NCBI RefSeq assembly: GCF_036321535.1
Contig: NC_087436.1
Span: 121,212,001 to 121,276,000, forward strand
DNA: 64,000 nucleotides
Reading direction: 5' to 3'
Source: Camelus dromedarius
Lineage: Eukaryota
Shown here: positions 49,899 to 62,917 of the stretch, piece by piece
How positions within the stretch are numbered: the stretch's first letter is position 1
Layout of the letters: every line of letters starts with the position of its first letter
The notes under the pieces: generated by a model
What the model was told of the DNA's origin: nothing
Databases searched by the model: none
Seen by the model: only the letters and a program-made list of their open reading frames with translations
Position numbers and translations under genes: made by a program

Positions 49899-51835
49899 GG
49901 GAGGAAGAACAGATTTCCAGTCAAGATGGCGGAGTGGTAGGACCACGAGCTCGCCTCTCCTCGTGACTGCAACAAATCCACAACTGACTGCTAGACAACC
50001 ACTGGAAAAAAGACTGGAACTTAGCAAAAAGATCTGCAACTGAAAACATAAAGAGGGAACCGCAGCAGGACGGTAGGAGGGGCGTGCTCGCGATATAACT
50101 CGGTCCCATACCCCCTGGGTGGGTGACCCACAAGCTGAACAATAGCTAAGTCACCCTCCCACAGAAGTGAGAGCTCTAAGCCCCTTGTCAGGCTCCCCAG
50201 CCCAGGTTCTGGCTTTGGGAAGAGAAGGAGACCCCAGGAAATCTGGGTTTGAAGGCCAGGGGGACTTGGCTCTGGGAGCCTCATGGGACTGGGGGAAAAG
50301 GAGACTCCATTTGCTTGGAAAGTGTACACGGAAACTTGCGTGTGCTGAGTCCAAGGGCAGAGGCAGTGATTTCACAGGAACCTGGGCCAGACCTGCCTGC
50401 TGGATTTGGAGGATCTCCAGGGGACATGGTGGATGGCTGTGGCTCACCCAGGGGACATAAAAGCTGGTGGTGGATATTCTGAGAGTGTTCATATACAAGA
50501 GCTTTCCTGGAGGCTGACATCTCGAATGGATCGTTAGCATCAAGATCCAGCGCCACCCAACAGCCTGTGGGGAAGCCTCAGACCAAACAGCACACTGGGT
50601 GGGAGCACAGCCCCACCCAGCAGCAGACCCCCTGAGCCACAAAGGCCTCTGGTCCAGCCTCATCCACCAGGGAGCAGATACCAGAAATAAGAAAACAACA
50701 AGCCCAAAGCCTGTGGAAGGAATCCACAAACACAGGCCAGGCTCTAACCTGGGACCTGCTGGACCCTGGCCCTTGTCTGACAAGAGAGGAGTGTACTGCA
50801 GGGACGCACAGGACGTCTCCCACAGAGGGCCACCTCTCCAAGGTCGAGAAACGCTAACTAACCTACCTAAAAATACACACTGAAAGATAAACAATATGAG
50901 GTGGCAGAGGAGTACTCCCAGACCAAGGTTAAGAAGAAGAACTAAGTGATGAGGAGACAGGCAATTTATCTGAGAAAGAGATTAAAGTAATGATGGTGAA
51001 GATGTTCAGAGAACTCAAGAGGAGTACAGAAGCACAGAGTGAAGTTTTTAGCAGAGTTGGAAAATATAAAGAATACCCAAACAGAGTTGAAGAATAAAAT
51101 CGCTGAAATAAACAATACACCAGAAGGAACCAAGAACAGACTAAATGGGGCAGAAGAACGGATCAGTGAGCTAGAAGACAGATTAGTGGGAATCACTACT
51201 GCAGAACAGAAAAAAGAAAGAAGAATGAAAGGAATGAGGATCGTTTAAGAGCACTCTGGGACAACATGAAGTGCACTAATATTCGCATTACAGGGTCCCA
51301 GGAAGAGAAGGAGGGAGAAAGGACCTGAGGAAATTTTTGAAGAGGTAATAACCGAAAACTCCCAATTTGGGAAAGGAAACAGTCATCCAAGCCCTGGAAG
51401 CACAGAGTTCCACACAGGATCAGCCCAAAGAGGAACACATGAAGGCACACAGTCATCAAATGGACAAAAGTTAAGGATAAGGAGAAAATATTAAAATTAG
51501 CAAGACAAAAGCAACAAATAACATACAAGGGAACTCCCATAAGGTTATCAGCTGATTTTTCAGCAGAAACTCTAGAGGCCAGAAGGGAGTGGCACGATAT
51601 GTTTAAAGTGATGAAAGGGGAAAACTTACAACCAAGAGCACTCTATCCAGCAAGGCTCTTGTTCAGACTCGATGGAGAAATCAAAAGCTTCACAGATAAA
51701 CAAAAGCTAGAAGATTTCAGCACCACCAAGCCAGCTTTACAACAAACATTAGAGGACCTTCTCTAGTCATCAAACCATAAGAAAAGAGAACAAAAAGAAG
51801 AAAGTGGGGAAAAAAAAAAAAAAAGACCCACAAAA
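49899..51835 (+). mobile_element. L1 5'UTR plus disrupted ORF1, truncated at the inter-ORF A-rich spacer
   Basis: CAAGATGGCGG YY1-type L1 start at 49922. ORF1p remnants include the coiled coil ELKNKIAEINNTPEGTKNRLNGAEERISELEDRL and the C-terminal region encoded by ...ATCAGCTGATTTTTCAGCAGAAACTCTAGAGGCCAGAAGGGAGTGG. Frameshifts and stops are present. Confidence 0.92.
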
Positions 51836-51836
51836 G

Positions 51837-52345
51837 ATTGCTTTAGCTGTTCGGGGTCTTTTGTGGTTCCTTATAAACTTTGGAATTGTCTGCTGTAGTT
51901 CTGTGAGGAATGTCACGAGTATTTTGACGGGGGTTGCAATGGATCTTGGGTTGCTTTGGGTAGTGTGGCCATTTTAATAGCGTTGATTCCTCCAGTCCAA
52001 GAGCACAAGAAATCTTTCCGTTTCTTTGTGTCATTTCGGTTTTCAGAGTGTAGGTAACCTCCTTGGCTAAGTTTATTTCTAGATATTTTGTTGTTTTTGA
52101 TGTAATGGACATGTTTGTGCTGGTTACAAAATTCTGGTTTTTGAGGTGAAAAAAAAAAAGTGAAGGGCCACAAATGGCAAAATACCCTCCCTTCTTATGG
52201 GTGAGTTGTGTTCCATTACGTGTATATATGCTGCACCTTCATTATCTATTCCACTATCGATGTGCACTTGGGGCGCTTCCGTATCTTGGCAATCATAAAT
52301 AATGTTGCTGTTAATAGCAGGGTGTATGTATCTTTTTGAATTAAT
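51837..52345 (-). mobile_element. L1 ORF2 and 3' fragments in opposite orientation
   Basis: Translations KYLEINLAKEV and RKDFLCSWTGGINAIKMATLPKA match the ORF2p post-RT region (KYLGINLTKEV, CSWIGRINIVKMAILPKA). Confidence 0.85.
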
Positions 52346-52464
52346 TCTTATTTTGTGGTTGGCTTTATTCCTTTGATAACTATGTAAGTTTAAAAGCTAA
52401 AGCTGTAAACATTCTTAGAAACAATGAGCGGTACATACAAGTAAATTAAAAACTATATGTGGAT

Positions 52465-52990
52465 TAAAAAAAAATGATCTATCAAGCCATGAACGACATG
52501 GAAGAAACTTAAAAGACATTACTAAATGAAAGAAGCCAGTCTGAAAAGGCTACAAACTGTACGATTCCAACCAAATAACATTCGGGAAAAGGCACAGCTA
52601 CAGAAACCATAAAAAGATCGTGGTTTCCAGGGGTTTGGGGAGAAGGAGGGAGGGAGGAATGAATAGATGGAGCACAAGGGATTTTTAGGGCAATGAAGTT
52701 ATTCTGTATGACACTACAGTGGTGGCTACATGTCATCATGCATTTGTCAAAACCCACAGAATGTACAACATCAAGAGTGAATCCCAATGTAAACTATGGA
52801 CTTTGGTTGATAATAATGTGTCCACGATGGTTCATCAATTGTACCAAACATGCCACACTGATGAGGGATGCTGAGGGTAGGGGAGTATATACACGTGGGT
52901 GGGGAGGGCTATGTGCGAACTCTCTGTATTTTCTGCTCAATTCTGTTGTGAACCTGAAACTGCTCTAAAAAACTAAAGTCTATTAAAAGA
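52465..52990 (+). mobile_element. L1MC-like 3'UTR
   Basis: GATCTATCAAGCCATGAA...AAGCCAGTCTGAAAAGGCTAC...GAACCTGAAACTGCTCTAAAAAACTAAAGTCTATT, followed by a (GAA/GGA)n purine tract. Confidence 0.85.
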
Positions 52991-53039
52991 AGAAGGAGGA
53001 GAAGAAGAAGAAGAAGAGTAGGAGGAGAGGGAGAAAATG

Positions 53040-55290
53040 CCACCGTTGATTTTATAACTTTATGAGGGAGAATGACCTTGGTACCAAAACCAGACAGACA
53101 ATGAGAGAAGGAAAAACTGTAAGACAGTCTCACTCATAAACACAGATTCAGAAATTCTACAGAAATATCCATCAGTGCATGAAAAAGATAACCATGGATT
53201 AGACTTACCTCAGGAAAGCAGGCGTGGTTTAATATTCCAAAATCAATCAGTGTGATATGCCACCTTGGCACCGTGATGGAGGAAGCACATTTGATTGCCC
53301 CAATGAATGTAAAATAACCAAAAGAGAAAGGCTGAACTTCAACACCCACTCATAATGACAAGTATCAAAAAATACTAACAGAGGTAACCCTGGCAGGGCA
53401 GCTGCATATAGAAAGCAGCAAATCCACTGTACTTTTATATATCACAAAAGTTAACATTCACAGTTTCTAGGAGTACCACTTAGAACAGAAACAAATTATA
53501 TAAGGCACCTAGGAATAAACTTAGTCAAAGAATCTAAGAATAAGTCTAATCAACAATGTTTGTGAAGGTAGTTATAACTTTTCACTGAAAGAAAATAAAG
53601 AAAACCTAAACAAATGGTGAGAGATACCATGTTCATGGATAGGAAGGCTCAATGTCCTGGATATGTCAGTTCTCACAATAAAAACGTTAACAGCATTTTT
53701 TGGAGAATTTATAAGCTGACTGTAAAATCTACATAAAAGAGCAAGGCTCAAGCAAAACCAAGATCAGATAAGGAGATTTGGCAGATCAGATACAAAGCTA
53801 CAATTCTGAAAGTAAAATGCTGTTGGTGGTGCTGATGGCGGAGTGCAGAGAACTGAGACCAGCATGTATGTGAACACACGACGTCCAGCAGAGGGATGTG
53901 GCTGGGCCACGTGAGAGCACGAATGTAGTGCTCCCACAACCTGTCATCCACACAGAGAAAAATTAGCTTGCCACCCACCTTACTCCATTCATAAAAATCA
54001 ACTCCAAAAGACTTTAGGAAAAAAAAGGAGAAAATCTTTCTGACCTCAGGGTAGTAGTGAATGTGTTACATCAAAAGTGCAAACTCTAAGAGAAAGGCTG
54101 ACAAGCTGGACGACACTGAAGCCAAGAACTTCTGACTGTCAAGATGCCACAGCAAGTGAAACATGGGAAGGCACACGTGTAACACATGTAATCGGCAAAA
54201 GGCTAACAGCCAGAGTCTAGAACTCCTACTCGTCAGAGGCAAAGCCAACCCAACAGAAAAATGAGCAGAGTTTTCAGTAGGCCCCTCAACAAAGAGGAAA
54301 TCAAATCTGTACGCTGGAGGGAATGCAAACTAAAGCCATAACAAGACACCATTTTACAACTAACAGATTGGCAAAACCTTGAGGAGTGTGAAGACGGCGA
54401 GTTCTGGCGAGGACGGGCTGCAGTCGGACCGCCTGCGCTGGCTAGTGTGGGGTTTCGGCACGGTTAGGGCATTCTAAGCAAATTTTACTGAGACTTGGAA
54501 GTTGAACTAAAAGTCTCCGAGTCTTGTGACTTGGAGGTTAAATTATGATGGACTAGATGGTGAAAACTCCAGGAGAGGCTGGCCTTTCAGAGGAGTGAGA
54601 CCTGAAGCACCTCCCAGGAGAGGCCAGTCTTAACATTCCTCCTGGAGACGCTCACCCATCTTTAAAGGGTAAAAGGGAAAACCCAGGATCTCCTCCTCTG
54701 TCTGGAAAGAGAATTTGCTTCAAGAGTAAAGGTTTCTCTCCAGTCTCAGGAGGGGAGGGGCGCAGCGTGTGTGTGAGCTCCCGAGTTTGTTCTTGGAGTT
54801 GCAGGGCGAACCTGAATGGTTCTCATCATTTTGGCCCAGGGCAAGGACTGGGCGCGGAGGAACCACTGCAGTATTAGAAGCCGGTAATTAAACCTGTCCC
54901 TGCTCCAGAGACCTGTCTACTGTCAGTATGAACAAGCAGACTAAAAGCTTCATACTCAGTCCATCTGCTACGGATGGGCCAGTCCCCTCCCCGGATAGAT
55001 CCCGAGAAAAGTCTTTCACGTACACAGCTGGAGACGTGTGCAAGTGTGTGCACGGCAGTGTCATCAGTCACTTCGTTAACCACTGTGTGTGAGTGTGTGG
55101 GGTGCTCACAATGGAATATCACACAGTTAAAATGAATAAACTGCAGCTACAGATAATATCATGGATAGATCTTGGAAATGATAGTCAATGATTTAAAAAC
55201 ACATTGTAGAAGATTGTGCTATGAAACCATTTTTTTATAAAGCAGAAGAAACAGCAAAACAAACCAATACATTGTTTAGGGAGTCAAGCA
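53040..55290 (+). mobile_element. Highly decayed L1 (L1ME-like) ORF2 and 3' fragments
   Basis: ORF2-like motifs such as CTAAACAAATGGTGAGAGATACCATGTTCATGGATAGGAAGGCTCAAT and ATGCAAACTAAAGCCATAACAAGACACCATTT. Interrupted by an LTR-like insert. Confidence 0.7.
54446..54970. mobile_element. Probable decayed ERV LTR (MER34-like) nested in L1
   Basis: About 520-bp block that interrupts the L1 similarity and begins with TGT. Family assignment by resemblance only. Confidence 0.4.
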
Positions 55291-56524
55291 CTTCAAACAC
55301 CCCTGATTCTGACAAAGCTGAGGGCTGCGTAGCCCGAACAGTCTCACTTTTCCTGGATCCTGTACACACCAAGAACAGTAAGTGTGGCCTGCTTTGTCTC
55401 TGCTCCTTCACTGCCATCTCCTCCACCCCAGGGTTGCACACTCTCCGTCCTCCTGACCATGGCCAGCTCCTCCAGGAAGCCTGCCCTGCCTGCTCCAGGA
55501 TGGGCCAAGTGCTTCTCCCCTGCCCCCTAGCACCTCAACCAGCCTCAAACTCAGGGTCCGCAAGGTCCTCACGCAGCAGTGAGCCCCCCGGAGAGTGCTC
55601 AGCGCACATGCTCAGAAGGAACTCCCCACAGGGACGGGGAGCGCGTGTGGCAGCAGACAGCAGGCTCCTCCCCGCCAGCTTGTCTCCCCAGACCCGCTGA
55701 CTCCCCAGGGGCTGCGGCCCCTGCTCGCTTCCTTTCCTTTGGATTAGCAGAGTGATGCCACGCTGCCCAAGGGCATTGTTTCCCGGGGGCAGAGATCAAA
55801 GCCGCACGCCTTAGCAGGATTCAATCTTAGGGCCCTAGCCCGGCCTTTTAGTATTCTGCATATTTTGTTTACAATCTATTTTAAAACTTCCTCTCATTGT
55901 ACTAGAAACACTGCACAGGGTCCGTCTGTTGAACCCGGAGCTCCCCTCTCGGGAGCCAACGAGCCGGTCATCAGCGCCGCCGGAGAAACACTGCTGCTGG
56001 CGCACAGGACCACCTCTCACTCTGTTCTCAGTAAAAGGACTAAGAAAAATAATATTTTTTTTCTCAAAAGGAATTATTTTTAGTTAGTAAAATATGGTCA
56101 TAAGCCCAGAATAAAAAATCAAAACAGCACAAAACAAAATGACAACGTCCTGCTCAGTTTCCACTCGGCACCTGAGGTAACCATCACTATCTGTTCCAAG
56201 TGTTCCCTCCTTTTTTCCCTGTATATTTGCATACAAACACGCACACTTTAAAATGTCTAGGTTTATTTGAGGGGTGCTCAAATACTTCACACAAAAACGA
56301 GATCATACTAAACATGCACACGTGGCCTTGGGGGCCTTTCCCGTGGGTGACACACCAACCCACCCGTGTGGCGGAGCACAGAGCTGGTCTGACGAGGGAC
56401 GGAGATCTGGGCTGGACGCCTGCCTGTGCGGCAGCACTCCCCGGCCTCCTCTGCAGCCACGCGACCAGGCCCGGCCAATGAGGCGCAGCAGAGGGTGCCT
56501 GACACTTCCACTGGGACTCCACTG

Positions 56525-56629
56525 CCCCCCTTGCCAGCCTCCTGCGGGCCCCCCTCCTGCAGGTTCCCCCCTCCTGCAGGCCCCCCACTTCCAGGTTCCC
56601 CCTCCTGTGGGATGCCCCCCTCCTGCAGG
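56525..56629. repeat. Short degenerate tandem repeat, unit ~CCCCCCTCCTGCAGG(TT)
   Basis: Six C5-6 runs separated by TCCTGCAGG-like spacers. Confidence 0.85.
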
Positions 56630-57009
56630 CTGGACCATGGACATGGGGGGCCTGGGGAGCGGCTACCTTCAAGTTCAGGTGGAGGCACATGCAGATGAGG
56701 GCAACACGACAGAAGGAAACTGGCTCCTGATGAAGGGGGAGCCTCCACGCCAGCCGGGCAGCCGACCCAAACTCCAGGCGGGACAGCCCCACCCTGCAGG
56801 TTCAGGCCACTTTGAAGGCAGGCGCTACAGACCGCAACTCTACCACTTGCACGTGAGCGCGCGCCAGCTAGACTAGGAAGATACATTTTTCTTCACGCCA
56901 CCGTCAGTAAGTATTTCTTACTCAATCAAAAAGAGAGTTCAGCGCCCACTAATACTGCCAGACTGGAAAGGGCTCGCTCCTGGAAGTCTGTCCTCCCGCA
57001 CCCTGGTGA

Positions 57010-57570
57010 TGGCGGCCATCCTAAAACACCGGCGTCTCGGGGTGTCTGCACTCCTGAAAAACTCCTGAGGACCCCAGAGGTCTTTTGTTTTTGTGGGTTT
57101 CATCTATGAATATTTTTCATATTAAAAATTAAACTGAGAAATTTTAAAATATTTATTAATTCATTTCAAGATGACAAAAATCCTTTATATGTTATAATAT
57201 CTTTTCATTTAAAAATTTTCCAAAATCCACTATGTGTAAAGTTTAAGAATGTGGATTTTTGCTACTTAACCAGATATTTTAGTTAATAATGTTCTTAGAA
57301 CGTCAATTTTCAAAGAAGCAGAACCCTAACAGCCTTCGTTCAAGTTGAACATAACTGAATCATTTTTGACGATACAGACGGCATTTCAAGAGCACGGACT
57401 TCTCTCTCATCAGTCCCGTGTGGTACTCGCAGACTTTAAGCTGTATCTGCATTAGCACCAACTTCTCCTTCTGCTGGCTGTAGACGTTAAGTAGAAAGCA
57501 AAGCAAAGCAAACAACGTGGAAAATCATCCGTGTACAGACATTACTTAACTCTCGTCAACAGTTCCCTAA
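57010..57570. mobile_element. hAT/Charlie1-like DNA transposon remnant
   Basis: GAGGACCCCAGAGGTCTTTTGTTTTTGTGGGTTTCATCTATGAATATTTTTCATATTAAAAATTAAACTGAGAAATTTT resembles the Charlie1 subterminal sequence. Confidence 0.6.
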
Positions 57571-58385
57571 ATTCGGCCAAGTCCCCAAGTGATGAGCTCC
57601 CAGCTACCCGCTCCAATCTCCCCAACGAGGAGACAGCTGATGAGGGTGAGTCCGCTTCACGGGCACTGCCTGGGTCGTGCGTTGGGAGCCAGAGCTTTGG
57701 GAGTCACCAGAAGAGCACTGACTCCTATAAACTGCCCCCTGACCAGCAGAATGAAAAGGCCCGAGGCGGAGAGGTGTCAACCTGGACGGGCGGGCTTGGG
57801 GAAAGTGGGCCCCCACTCTGGCTTTTCCCCTCACGGGAGGGAGGGGCTCCAGGGGCCCGAGGTCTGGATTGAGCTTGGGGTACAAAGACCAAGAGACAGT
57901 GACAAAGTGCCGGTGGAGAAGTGTAGTGACAAGGTGACTGTCTGGACACAGGCCTGATAGGACTCAGAGAACAGCTCATGCCTGAACTCAGTGCAGAGTC
58001 CTTCTGACTGTTGGCTTTCTTTCGCACACAGAATTGAGAGAGGCTGCATGCCAGGAATTTCAAAGGGAACATTTAAGGCAGAGTTGTCGGTGACAACATG
58101 GAAGCAGCCATAAACACGCAGAGGCCACTGAAGACCAGCCCAGGGCCGAGAGAGAGGGTGCCTAAGGGAAGGACAGCCTGGCAGGGGCCCCAACCCAGGC
58201 CTGGCATTAGGTGTGCCTGCCACCCACCGAGGACCGGAGCTCCCAGGGCTTCCAGGCCAGAGCCACCCCACTGGACACAGGCCACACCCCTCAGGGGCAC
58301 AGGCAGCTAAGGCCAACTTAAAAGCAGCGGAGGAATGAGACGTCCACTGGGGGTCTGAAAGCTCCAGCGGGTTCCCCATGCAGGG

Positions 58386-58417
58386 CCGTGCCCGTGCCCG
58401 TGCCCGTGCCCGTGCCC
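58386..58417. repeat. (CCGTGC)n hexanucleotide repeat
   Basis: Five perfect units. Confidence 0.9.
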
Positions 58418-59899
58418 AGGGCGGCCCCACGGAGGCTCTGGCGCCCACCCCAGGTTGACCTGGAGGCCCTGGCTGAGCACCGAAGGCAGGTCCGCACACA
58501 CAGGGCCCCTTGGCAAGGACCGGGAGACAGACCGGCCTCTAAGGAAGTCTCTGTCCCGTCACCAGCTGACCACTAAGCAAACCAAGCAGACACCTTGCGG
58601 CCACACACAACAAAGAATACATACACTTGGCAGAATTTGCTCAGAAAAGCCACTAAACAAACAGGAACAACAAACAGCAAGAAGGACGATGGCCGGGACC
58701 CTGATGGCCGGGAGCGCGTGTCTCCCCTGTGGCACAGAAGCAGGCCGTGTGCCCTGTTGAAGTTTCCGTCTCCGCTGCGCGAAGGTCAGCTCACAGGTGC
58801 AGAGGGAGTGCTGTAAGCTGTGCTGAGCCAGGCGTCCGAGACTCTCTCATCATTAAGCGCCAAGCCCACCCCTCTCTGCTGGCATCGGACGCTGGAGCTG
58901 GGCCTTGCAGACTTGACAGCACCTCTGCCCACAGGGGGCTGCGCTGGCCCTTGTCGGGCAGCAGGGGTGGACTGCAATGTCCCGACAGCACCCTCCTCGC
59001 CGGCCGTGCCCCGGCAGCCCTCACGCTCAGCCCCACCGGCCTCCTCCTCTCTGTGCTGACAAAGTCTCCTCCTCGTCTGCCTTCCCTCCCTCCCCCTCTG
59101 CTGCGACCTCCTCGGGTCCCACTAGTGCTCCTTTGGTCTAGTTAATGATTCCTCACACCACCTTCTCCTGTGCAAATCAGATGTGTTTTCCATCTCCTGA
59201 TGCATCCTGACTGCACAGAGTAAGACCCTGAAGCCACTGTCACCACGGAGAAGAGTTCACAGTCACTTCGGACACTCCACGACTGTTGGCATCTCCCCGT
59301 CCCCCTCCTAAGGCCTCTTCCTCTCCCCTCTCCAGGCACGTGCTCCCTCTTGGCCTGTCCTCTGCTCATCCTGACTAGCCCCCAGGCAGCTGAGGCCGGG
59401 CCAGGAGGCACACCAGAAGACCCGCCTCAGGACCCTGGGAAGCTTCTGCCGCTCAGCGAGGGCTGTGGGGTTAGACTGCGCTAGTAACACAGGGGACCCC
59501 GCTTAGCAGAGGAAAGAGCAATGGACACACTTCAAGGGATTGCGGCTGCAACGCAAGGAAACACACTTTATTACTACTTGTTTTTAGGTCAATTGAGTGT
59601 CCCATCACATTACAAAAGGAACTCCACCTGACTGTGGGCAAGTCGTTTGATGTGTATAAACCTTCCTTCCTTGTGAGTAAGATGGTGAGCTCACAGAATC
59701 CCCATCCGGGTCAAATAAGGAAATGTACTGCGGACAGTGAGCAGACGCCGTTCGGATAAATACTGCTCTCTTCCAACATGAGAGACACACCGGTTCCACT
59801 CTGTATCGCATTCTTTCGTTACGGTGTTAGAGCACTAACAGCAAATACCTGCATTCTCACTACATTTTTGTTCAAGGTAAAAGAACATTAAGAAGAAGC

Positions 59900-61327
59900 C
59901 CAAGACCCTCCTAAGAACAGTCAGCGGATCTTTAACAAAGGAGCAAAGACTGTCTCCTCCACAAATGGTGCTGGAACCGCAGGACACGCGTATGCAAAGC
60001 AAGCGAACCTGGACATAGACCTTACACCCTTCAGAACAGTAACTCAGAATGGATCACAGATCTGGACGTAAAATTTAAAACCACGAAACTCCTAGCCGGT
60101 AGCACAGGAGAAACCTCGGTGGCCTCGGGCTGGGGGACGCCTCTGCAGGTACAAACATCCATGGAAGAAAGCCTTGATAACCTGGACTTCACTAAAAGTA
60201 AAACGTCTGCTCCACAAAAGGCAACATCAAGAGAGTGGAAAGACAGCCACAGACCAGGAGAAAACGTTTGCAGAAGACACATCTGATAAAGGACTAACAC
60301 CCCGAATACACAAAGAGCTCGTAAAATTCAACCATAAGAAAACAATCTGATTGAAAAATAGACCCAAGGTCTTAACAGACGTTTTACCAAAGAAGATACA
60401 CAGGTTTGACAAGCAAGCATATGAGAAGACGTTCAGCACCATACATCCCAAGGAAATGCAAATTAAAACAGTAAGACACCACTACACACCTGGAACACGA
60501 GCGAAACCCCTGAACACTGACACCACCAAATGGGAGCCAAAATGTGGGACAAAAGGAACATTTATCATGGCTGCTGGGGACGCAGTGGTGCAGCCACTTC
60601 AGAGGACGGTTTCCTACAAAACTAAACATAGTCTTACCATGTGATCCAGCAGTTGGGCTCCTTGGTACTCACCCAAAGGAGCTGGAAACTTACGTCCACA
60701 CGAAAACCCGCACACAGATGTTTACAGCAGTTTTATTCGTCATTGCCAGAACCTGGAAGCAGCCAAGATGCCCTTCAGCAGGTGATGGATAAATAAACTG
60801 TGGTCCCTCCAGACAGTGGAATGTTATTCAGCACTAAAGAGAAATGAGCTGACACGGCATGAAAAGACATGGAGGAACCTTAAATGTAGATTCCTAAGTG
60901 ACAGAGCCCGTCTGAAAAGGCTGCAGACTGTCGGATTCTGACTCTGTGACGTTCTGGAAAAGGTGAAACTACGGGGAGAGTGAAGAGACCACCGGGGCTG
61001 GGGGGGAGAACAGGCAGGCAAAGAGGATGTTTAGGGCAGTGACACGACTCTGTGACCCTGTAGCGGTGGACACATGGTACACGCTTGTCCACGCCCACAG
61101 GATGCACGGCACCAAGAGTGACCCATCGTGAACCGCAGATTCCGGGCGACGACCTGTCAGTGCAGGTTCGCTGGCTGTGACACAGGCGCCCTCTGGTGGG
61201 GGTGCTGATGGCGGGGGAGGCTGTGTGTGTCTGAGGGTAGAAGGTATGTGGGAAATCTCTGTGCCTTGCTTTCAATTGTTTCAAACCTAAAACTGCTCTA
61301 AAAAATAAAGTCTTAAAAGAAAAAAAG
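59900..61327 (+). mobile_element. Old L1 (L1MC-like) ORF2 end plus 3'UTR
   Basis: ORF2 remnants (EMQIKTVRHHYTP; LPCDPAVGLLGTHPKELETYVHTKTRTQMFTAVLFVIARTWKQPRCPS). The 3' end is AAACCTAAAACTGCTCTAAAAAATAAAGTC plus an A tail. Confidence 0.9.
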
Positions 61328-62917
61328 AAGCCCAAGACTTGAATCATGAACCTGCTTAATCCTGACAGTTGAACCTCAGACAAGTCACTTAACCCCTCGA
61401 GGACTGGTCAGCTCACCCGGAGACCAGGGAGCTCCTGAGCTCAGAACCCCGTCGCCAGGGGTGTGAAGCCGTGCAGTGCTCTACGGGGCACAGGCGGGGC
61501 GCTTCCTACTCTGGCGAACAGGCCGGAGGGCGCGCTGCAGTCCGGGGAGAACCGCGCAAACGCCGTCGCTCCTTCAGCGTTTGATTACTCACTTACGCCG
61601 TGGCAATGGAGAAGAGTCACGTGCAGGACATGCACTCAAAGAGGCAGTGAACTCCCCAGTTTCACAGAGCATTTCTGCCACCTTCCAGGGCCGCCCCCCC
61701 CCGCCCCACTGAACAGGCAAGCCCAGGCTGAAGCAGGTGGCCCGAGGGGAACACTCTGGAAGGAGACCCCAGCCTGTGCGGCTTGGACTGCGGGAACTGG
61801 AGGGAGGCTGCACACGGGCCAGGACTCCTGCTAGCCCGGCCAGCTCAGGAATTCAGTCAAAACCATATGATTACAACCATGTTTATAAAAGCGAAAACCT
61901 ATGCTTAGATACATTGCACTGTTTCACGGTCGTCTGGGGAGGCAAACAATGGGACATCTGTCCTTTCCTCCACCTTTAGCTTTCTTTGAGTATGCTTTAT
62001 AATGAAAAATAACAAGCCTTGGGAAAGGGAGGGCTCTCAGACGGAACATTCATCAGACTCTGCAGCCTCAGCCCCACAGCCTTCCTCCACCTCTGACCCC
62101 ACCCCAACCAGCCAGTGGCCTAGGGAGGGTTTTCTCGAGAGAGCTGCGGCTACTGAGAACAAAAATGTGAACACACACAGAAAAGGTGTTTTAAATCACA
62201 AAAATCCTCTGAGAACAGTTCCTCTCAAACCAGTTGAGTTAAGTGCCAGCCAGTCCCGCCCCCCTCACCCCTCCCCACCCCGCAGATCCATCCTTGTTCC
62301 AAACAGCGCCACCCCCTCCTCTGCCTGACCACAGCCTGCCTCCTGCTGAGCCGAGCCCCCCGCCCCCACAGCAGCTCCCTCCACACACCTCGGCTCTGAA
62401 CTAAGCTGGGGTTGGGGGGAGACGGGCCCCAAGGCGCCCTGGTGGGGCGAGGGCGTCTGGGGTGGTGCTACACCAGCGTGTGCCCCACTGTCCGACACTC
62501 CAGCCGCCAGCCGCAGCTGACTTCGGCCAGCGTTTTTCTCGTAGTAGGATTTTCTCAATGAGGGAAACAGCAAGGATTGACACCAAGGTGACACGCCCTG
62601 TCCCGAAGTGAACAGTCTTCTTCGGGAATTTTCTCACCTCATGAGGGCAGGCTGCCTCGGCCACTGGGGCCAGAGACGAAAAGGGGCCACAGGGACAGGA
62701 AAGGGTGGGAAGTCACCACCGGATTCGGGGCGAGGGCCCCCATGCAGGCAGGAGCCTGCAGCCTCAAAGCCACGCAGACAAGCTGTGAAGCCGGGGGCAG
62801 AGGGTGGGGGCAAGCCAGGCCTGGGAACCCGGGAGTAGGGCACTGTCGCTTCATCATGACTGACCCAGTTAGGAAACACACACATGCTCACTGAGCCTCT
62901 CCGAACAACAGGCTTAC

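Noticed and set aside
50151..50894. 247-aa minus-strand ORF inside the L1 5'UTR (ORF0-like?)
   Set aside because: Non-ATG start and no recognisable features. ORF0 is described for primate L1. Most likely a chance ORF.
49899..52345. Twin-priming inverted L1 insertion
   Set aside because: Twin priming joins fragments head-to-head with a terminal polyA. Here the pieces meet tail-to-tail and I found no enclosing TSD.
56525..58417. Short repeats as a CRISPR-like array
   Set aside because: No constant repeat with unique spacers, no cas genes, and the context is a mammalian intron.
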